A stretch of 64,000 bases of DNA, taken from the IMG/VR virus record IMGVR_UViG_3300029604_000306; one strand, given 5' to 3'. The notes beneath the pieces were generated by a model, which was given only the letters and a program-made list of their open reading frames with translations, was not told the DNA's origin and ran no database searches. The translations under genes were made by a program, and so were the position numbers. The stretch is from a virus. Lineage: Duplodnaviria; Heunggongvirae; Uroviricota; Caudoviricetes. How positions within the stretch are numbered: position 1 is the stretch's first letter; every line of letters begins with the position of its first letter. This document shows positions 57,957 to 64,000 of the stretch, piece by piece.

Positions 57957-60752
57957 ATGAGTAAAAAAATTATCAGCCAGAAAGATGCAAAAGAAATTGC
58001 ACGTAAAAACAATCTGACAAACGTAATCATCGTTAAAAAGGACGGAACCCGTGAACCATTTGACGGGAACAAAATCATCATTGCGGTTGGCAAGAGTGCA
58101 TCCCGTATCCTTGTGAAGTTCACAAAAGAAGAAGAGCAGGCAATCGTTGACCATGTTGAAAGCGAAATCAAAAAAAGAGGACTTAAAGAAGTTCCGATTG
58201 CTATGATGCATAGCATGGTGGAAGCAGCGCTTGTGTCTATTAATGAAGAGGTTGCAAAAAGCTACCGCGATTACCGTAACTACAAACAATCATTTGTCCA
58301 TATGATGGATGATGTATACACAAAGAGTCAGTCAATCAGATATATTGGCGACAAGGAAAACGCCAATACTGACAGCGCACTGGTGGCAACAAAGCGAAGC
58401 CTTATCTTCAACGAACTGAATAAGAATCTTTACAGAAAGTTCTTTATGAATCGTGAAGAATTACAGGCTTGCAAGCAGGGCTATATTTATGTGCATGACC
58501 AGAGTGCAAGACTTGATACTATCAACTGTTGCCTTTGCAATGTCGGAGCTGTTATGAAAGGCGGATTCGAGATGGGCAATGTTTGGTATAACGAGCCAAA
58601 GACTCTTGATACAGCGTTTGATGTTATGGGAGATGTAATTTTATCAACTGCCGCGCAGCAATACGGAGGTTTTACTGTGCCAGAAGTAGATAAAATCATG
58701 GGGCCTTATGCCGAAAAGTCCTTTGAAAAATATAAGAAAGAATATCTTGATTTAATGTCAGATGTTCTGAATCCGGCATTCGCAGAATCTCTGATTGATA
58801 AAGCAGAGGCATATGCAATGGAAAAAGTACAGCGTGAAATGGAGCAGGGATATCAGGGAATTGAATATAAACTGAACACAGTCGGTTCTTCTCGAGGTGA
58901 TTATCCATTTGTTACATTTTCATTTGGACTTGGAACAGGAAAATTTGAAAAAATGTGTGCAAAAACAATTTTAAATGTACACAGAGAAGGACAGGGGAAG
59001 AAAGGCTTTAAACGTCCTGTATTATTCCCGAAGCTTGTGTTCTTATATGATAAGAATATTCACGGTGAAGGAAAAGAATGTAATGATGTTTTTGAAGCAG
59101 GTATCCAGTGTTCTGCATCTACGATGTATCCGGATTGGCTCTCAATGAGTGGAGAAGGATATATTTCTACAATGTATCAGAAATATGGAACTGCGATTAG
59201 TCCTATGGGTAAGTGCATATTAGCCCATGTAAAACGGTATTCAACCGCTTGCTTAGCGGGTGTGGCGTAACAAATACGCTGCTAACAGATAGGTCTGTGG
59301 GAGGAGAGGTCCGATTTGACCACAGATGAAGCTGTGCTCTTAAAAATAAGAGTTAATCGACTATCGGTGATGAGTGTAACCGAGTAGGAATGGGATAAGC
59401 TCCATTTCCAAAGATGCCGCCTGATGACGAGGAAGAGGACGCCTCCGAGGGAAAAGCTAGTCAGTATGTATGGTGACATACAGTAAATACGTGTCGTGCA
59501 TTTTTAAGTCCGTGGTATGAACGCGGAGGAATGGAACCAGCAGATGAGAATGACAAGCCAATTTTTGTTGGTCGTTGCAATCTTGGTGTTGTTTCTTTAC
59601 ATCTGCCGATGATTCTTGCAAAAGCAAGACGTGAAAGCAGAGACTTCTATGATGTTCTGGATTATTACCTTGAAATGATTCGTGGACTTCATAAAAGAAC
59701 ATATGATTATCTTGGAGAACTGAGAGCATCAGTCAATCCAATTATGTTCTGCGAAGGTGGACTTTATGGTGGTCACCTGAAACCAAATGAAAAAATCCGA
59801 AAACTCCTTCCGCCGATGACAATGTCTTATGGCATTACGGCGCTGAATGAGCTGCAGGAATTATATAACGGAAAGAGCCTGGTTGAAGACAATCAGTTTA
59901 CGCTGGAAGTTATGAAACATATTAACGAAAAATTAGCGGAGTATAAGAAGGAAGACCACATTCTTTATGCCGTATATGGAACCCCTGGGAGTTCTGCGGG
60001 GGCACATGCAGTGATGCATGTTGAAAAAATTGCCTAACCTGTTTGAGGGAACAGGGTGTACGGTTTGCGATTCAGCAGTTGGAGGAAATGCCAATAAAAA
60101 ACCGTGCTAACAGGGAATTCGCCAAGAATCCTGTGCTAAATATCGCTGGTTTTGTCAGCGGTTAAATGTGAACAGACTGTCGAAATCCTAGAAGGAAAGT
60201 AGAGTAGCGAAAAGCGAAAGAGCAAAACCATTTGTGAAAAATGGACAAAGTATAGTCGACAAAAAGAAATATTTTTCTTTGATGGCAGAAAATCTCTGTG
60301 GTCTTCAGGTGAAACAGTTCCGCAAGGAATATGGAATCATCAAGAATGTATCTGACCGTGATTATGTAAGCAACAGCTTCCATTGTCATGTGACAGAGGA
60401 CATTACACCGATTGCAAAACAGAATCGTGAATATGGTTTCTGGGAATTATTTAACGGTGGAAAAATTCAGTATGTCAGATATCCGATTGATTACAATATT
60501 GATGCAATCAGAACACTTGTCTTAAGAGCCATGGAAATGGGATATTACGAAGGTGTAAACCTGGCATTGTCTTATTGTGATGACTGTGGATATCAGGCAG
60601 CAGACATTGGGGACGAATGTCCGATTTGCGGTTCAAAGAATCTCACCAAGATTGACCGAATGAACGGATATTTAGCTTATTCACGGAGACATGGTGAGTC
60701 CAGAATGAATAACGCAAAAATGGCTGAAATAGCTGACAGGAAGTCTATGTGA
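57957..60752 (+). CDS. nrdD: anaerobic ribonucleoside-triphosphate reductase, three exons (57957-59210, 59492-59986, 60285-60752; 738 aa spliced)
   Basis: ATP cone; splicing restores SPMG|CRAFL and YGTP|AENLC; ends CxxC..CPIC..RMNGYL. Confidence 0.93.
59211..59491 (+). ncRNA. group I intron 1 in nrdD (281 nt, no ORF)
   Basis: Exon ends in U, intron ends in G; P1 ATGGGT/GCCCAT with G-U; P7 GACTA/TAGTC. Confidence 0.88.
59987..60284 (+). ncRNA. group I intron 2 in nrdD (298 nt, no ORF)
   Basis: Exon ends in U, intron ends in G; IGS TTCTGC-GGGGG pairs with exon 3 GCAGAA (P10) and exon 2 CCCCT (P1); P7 GACTG/TAGTC. Confidence 0.9.
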
Positions 60753-60904
60753 TTGTTTAGTTACAATTTGGTCGGTAATATAACAACTTGGTCGGTGATA
60801 TAAGAAAAATATGAGAAAATCTTAGTTACAACTTGGTTGGAAATAAAGCGAATTTATTCATAATGCGGTAATATATAAAAGAGGCAGAAAGGAAATACAA
60901 AAAC

Positions 60905-61111
60905 ATGTTAGAAAAGAAGAAAAAAGATATTATTGATTTCGTTATATTTGAGGAAAATACGTCATTACATTACCCTTGGAATCTGAGCAGTGAGCAGATT
61001 TCAGAACGGGTAGACATAATTGCAGCGTTACTTCCGGATGATTACACAACTGATGATATCTATGATGCAGTTTCACAAATTGCTGGAAAACGAATTCTGA
61101 AAGATAATTAG
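60905..61111 (+). CDS. small hypothetical protein
   Basis: AAGGA RBS; terminator downstream. Confidence 0.55.
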   Translation: MLEKKKKDIIDFVIFEENTSLHYPWNLSSEQISERVDIIAALLPDDYTTDDIYDAVSQIAGKRILKDN

Positions 61112-61212
61112 AAACATACAAAAAATCGTCCGGAGAAATCCGGGCGGTTTTTGTTTCAAAAAAAAATTAAGCATAATGCAATTAAATTCGTAAAGAAGAA
61201 AGGAAAAAAGAT

Positions 61213-61392
61213 ATGAAAAATAATATGGGCTTCTTAAAAAGAGAAAAATTGGACACAATGCCGTTTGACAAAAGATTTGACGTTGACGGCAATGAAGAAC
61301 TTTGCCACGCGACCGGTTATACCGTCTTTGACGGAACTGATTGGTGGGACGAGTTTGTTGACTCCAATGGCGACCTTCAGTATGGAAGGTAA
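61213..61392 (+). CDS. small acidic protein, 59 aa (MKNNMGF...DLQYGR)
   Basis: AAGGA RBS; GCATAAT motif upstream; below the ORF-track cutoff. Confidence 0.55.
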   Translation: MKNNMGFLKREKLDTMPFDKRFDVDGNEELCHATGYTVFDGTDWWDEFVDSNGDLQYGR

Positions 61393-61699
61393 CGCTGTAA
61401 CGCGCAGAGGAATCTGGACGTTTGTTTGCTTTAAGCAACAAAAAATGCAATTATATTGCATATTGAGAATAAAGTCTATAGCTTACGAGCTACGGTCTGA
61501 TTTGACTAATGAAGTTTGTGTGAGTGATACCAAATGCAAGTGGAGGTCTTCGCGCTGGTTTAAGTATTGCGCCAGTAGTATCTTACTCATTTAAGAGGAA
61601 AAAGAAAAAATGCTTATAAATGTCTTTCTGAAAATAGAAAGGCATTTATTTTTTTTGCAAAAAGATAAGCTCATCATTCTTTTTATGCATATTAAAAGC

Positions 61700-62494
61700 A
61701 TGAAAAAAACAAATACAAAAAAATACAATAAACAAAATTGTGAAATGCAGCTTCCCAAAACGGCGCTACCAATCGTTGGAGCAATAGAACATTGGATTGA
61801 TATTGATGGCTCGGTCTATGCAATAGACCGCAGAAACAACCGAAAGCCGAGACTAATAAAGAAATCTCAGTCTGAGGTTAACGGATACAAATACTGCGGA
61901 ATTAAATACAAAAACGGAAAAATAATTTCAAAAAGAGTCCACAGACTGGTGGCTGAAGCGTTTATTCCAAATCCGAATGGGTATCGTGTTGTTGGTCATA
62001 AAAATAATATCAAAAATGATAATCGTGTTGAGAATCTGTATTGGACAACAACAAAAGAGAATACACAAAGAGCATTTGACGATGGACTTGCTGTAAACGA
62101 TAAAGGAGGAAAAGACAGCCAGTCTAAACCGGTCATCATGTATGACACATACACCAATCAGGAACTTGGAAGATACGGCAGTTGCAAAGAGGCAGAGAGG
62201 GAAACAGGACTAAGCCTTACGACAATCTGCCGGCAGGCAAAATATCACAGGCCGACGAGAAAACCGTATTATTTTCGGTATGAAGATGATGAGGATACCT
62301 GCCAAGATGTGATTGGAATGTTTGATTTTGATTCTGATAAGTTAATTAAAACTTTTCTGAATTCTGGCGACGCAGCACGGAATACCGGAATAAGCGAGCG
62401 GACAATTTGCCAGCAGGTTAAGAGTGGAGTAAAGCCTGAAAGGAAGAGGAGTGAGGTGTATTTTTTAAGCGTAAAGAGCAAGAAGAAAAAATAA
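61700..62494 (+). CDS. HNH homing endonuclease with two NUMOD1-like DNA-binding repeats
   Basis: VHRLVAEAFIPNP..VGHKNN.K.DNRVENLYW; two S..(E/D)A.R.TG.S..TIC repeats. Confidence 0.85.
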   Translation: MKKTNTKKYNKQNCEMQLPKTALPIVGAIEHWIDIDGSVYAIDRRNNRKPRLIKKSQSEVNGYKYCGIKYKNGKIISKRVHRLVAEAFIPNPNGYRVVGHKNNIKNDNRVENLYWTTTKENTQRAFDDGLAVNDKGGKDSQSKPVIMYDTYTNQELGRYGSCKEAERETGLSLTTICRQAKYHRPTRKPYYFRYEDDEDTCQDVIGMFDFDSDKLIKTFLNSGDAARNTGISERTICQQVKSGVKPERKRSEVYFLSVKSKKKK

Positions 62495-62521
62495 AAATTA
62501 AATTTTTCTTCATATTGTAAG

Positions 62522-62643
62522 AAAGCGGTGCGTCTCCACCATTAAACGAGAACCGAAAAAAGCGGCGCGTCCCTGCCAGCTGTGAAGCGAAACGGGAGCC
62601 GAAAAAAGCGGTGCTCCTCTACCGAAAAACGAGACCGAAAAAA
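62522..62643 (+). repeat. three tandem ToxI-like pseudoknot repeats
   Basis: AAAGCGGYGC-pyrimidine loop-RCC..AAACGRGA..CCGAAA x3 (periods 37 and 46 nt), after CATATT at 62511. Confidence 0.7.
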
Positions 62644-62883
62644 TAACGGAGAGATGCCGGCAGAAATGCGAAGTAAGGGTGAACGGGGCGACTCATTCTT
62701 CCTATTGGGGAGCGTAATAAGTACCATACAAAATCCAGATTCAGTCATACTCTGGGCGTTGCTCAAAATAAGAAGCCAGTGGGAAAACCTGCTGGCTTCT
62801 GTTTTTTTTCGTATGGAAAATATAGCATATTAAACTTGTAAACAATAACAAATAAAATAAGAAACAAGAAAGGAGCAAAAAAT

Positions 62884-64000
62884 ATGCTTGAATTAAAAGG
62901 AAAATACAACACCGCAAAGGTTTTCACTGACAATGTTGACAATGAGACCATCAGCCAGGTAATAGAATTGTTGAACCAGGATTACATCAAAGATGCGAAA
63001 ATCAGAATCATGCCTGACTGCCATGCAGGCGCCGGATGCGTCATTGGTACGACAATGACAATTTCTGATAAGGTATGCCCGAATCTGGTTGGTGTAGATA
63101 TTGGCTGCGGTATGCTGGCTGTCAGGATTGCAGAAAAGGATGTTGACCTTCCAAAGCTGGATGATGTAATTAATACATATGTTCCGGCCGGGTTTAATGT
63201 AAACGATGAGCCACTTGGTAATTTCAGCCATTTGAGCGATTTGGTCGCTCCGGTTGATATATCGCTGGCTTATTGCAGCATTGGAAGCCTTGGAGGCGGC
63301 AATCATTTTATCGAACTTGATAAAGATGATGACGGAAACTTGTGGCTTGTAATCCATACTGGTTCCAGACATCTCGGGCTGGAAGTTGCGAAACACTACC
63401 AAGAGCTCGCATACAAACAGCTGAAGGATTTAGATGTTGGCGACAAAATCAAGGCTGTAATTGCAGACCTGAAAGCAAAAGGAAGGGAAAAAGAAATTGA
63501 AAAAACAATCAAAGCGTTAAAGATGCAGGAGCCGCATATTCCGAAATCCTTATGCTATGTTTCCGGCCAGGCGTTCAAAGACTACATTCATGATATGGAA
63601 ATTGTCCAGAAGCATGCAGAATTAAACAGAAAATATATTGCCGATACGGTCATTGAAAAAATGGGCTGGCATGTTTGCGAAGAATTCCAGACAATACACA
63701 ATTACATTGATACAAAAAATTTGATTCTTCGCAAAGGTTCCGTGTCTGCACGAGATGGCGAAAAATTGATAATCCCGATAAATATGCGTGACGGGTCTTT
63801 GATTTGTGTTGGAAAAGACAATCCTGATTGGAATTATTCTGCGCCGCATGGTGCCGGAAGAATTTTGTCAAGAAGCGAAGCAAAAGATGCTGTCGGGATT
63901 GATGAGTTTCGTGAGTCCATGAAGGGGATATATTCTTCTTCTGTAATGGAGTCTACAATTGACGAGTCGCCGATGGCGTATAAGCCGATGGAGGAAATTA
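62884..64000 (+). CDS. rtcB: RNA ligase RtcB, 3'-truncated
   Basis: Read from DNA: IMPDCHAG.GC.IG, VGVDIGCGM, GSLGGGNHFIE, IHTGSR, HNYI, SAPHGAGR, DESPMAYK. Confidence 0.93.
   Translation, partial: MLELKGKYNTAKVFTDNVDNETISQVIELLNQDYIKDAKIRIMPDCHAGAGCVIGTTMTISDKVCPNLVGVDIGCGMLAVRIAEKDVDLPKLDDVINTYVPAGFNVNDEPLGNFSHLSDLVAPVDISLAYCSIGSLGGGNHFIELDKDDDGNLWLVIHTGSRHLGLEVAKHYQELAYKQLKDLDVGDKIKAVIADLKAKGREKEIEKTIKALKMQEPHIPKSLCYVSGQAFKDYIHDMEIVQKHAELNRKYIADTVIEKMGWHVCEEFQTIHNYIDTKNLILRKGSVSARDGEKLIIPINMRDGSLICVGKDNPDWNYSAPHGAGRILSRSEAKDAVGIDEFRESMKGIYSSSVMESTIDESPMAYKPMEEI

Noticed and set aside
57894..60752. nrdD pseudogene or three separate genes
   Set aside because: The gaps have group I intron hallmarks and in-frame junctions.
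1..64000. tRNA/rRNA, phage structural or Rep genes
   Set aside because: None recognisable, so plasmid versus phage cannot be decided from this window.

Overview
AT-rich Bacillota-type (Lachnospiraceae/Clostridia-like) DNA that reads like part of a very large extrachromosomal element (megaplasmid or jumbo phage/phage-plasmid). This is an inference: no capsid, Rep or ribosomal operon is in the window. It encodes: (1) its own export machinery (SecA with an intein, SecY, SecE-like, trigger-factor-like lipoprotein); (2) an FCT-type sortase B pilus locus and giant Cna-B/SpaA and BspA-like surface proteins; (3) an alternative sigma factor, with a GCATATT motif upstream of most genes; (4) a 517-aa TnpB in an IS200/IS605-like element; (5) type I and type II toxin-antitoxin loci; (6) nrdG plus nrdD split by two group I introns; (7) DprA, YhaM, RtcB, an HNH nuclease and a small alarmone synthetase. 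The most striking unexplained signal is a family of about 18 tiny (10-310 nt) hairpin-rich mobile elements. They start with A(A/T)CG, end in hairpin+TATC, and insert precisely at TY|A with no target duplication. They nest in each other, land in promoter -10 boxes and twice sit in-frame inside a surface-protein gene. There are also two toxin-less arrays of ToxI-like pseudoknot repeats (candidate anti-defence decoy RNAs) and an orphan omegaRNA-like element.
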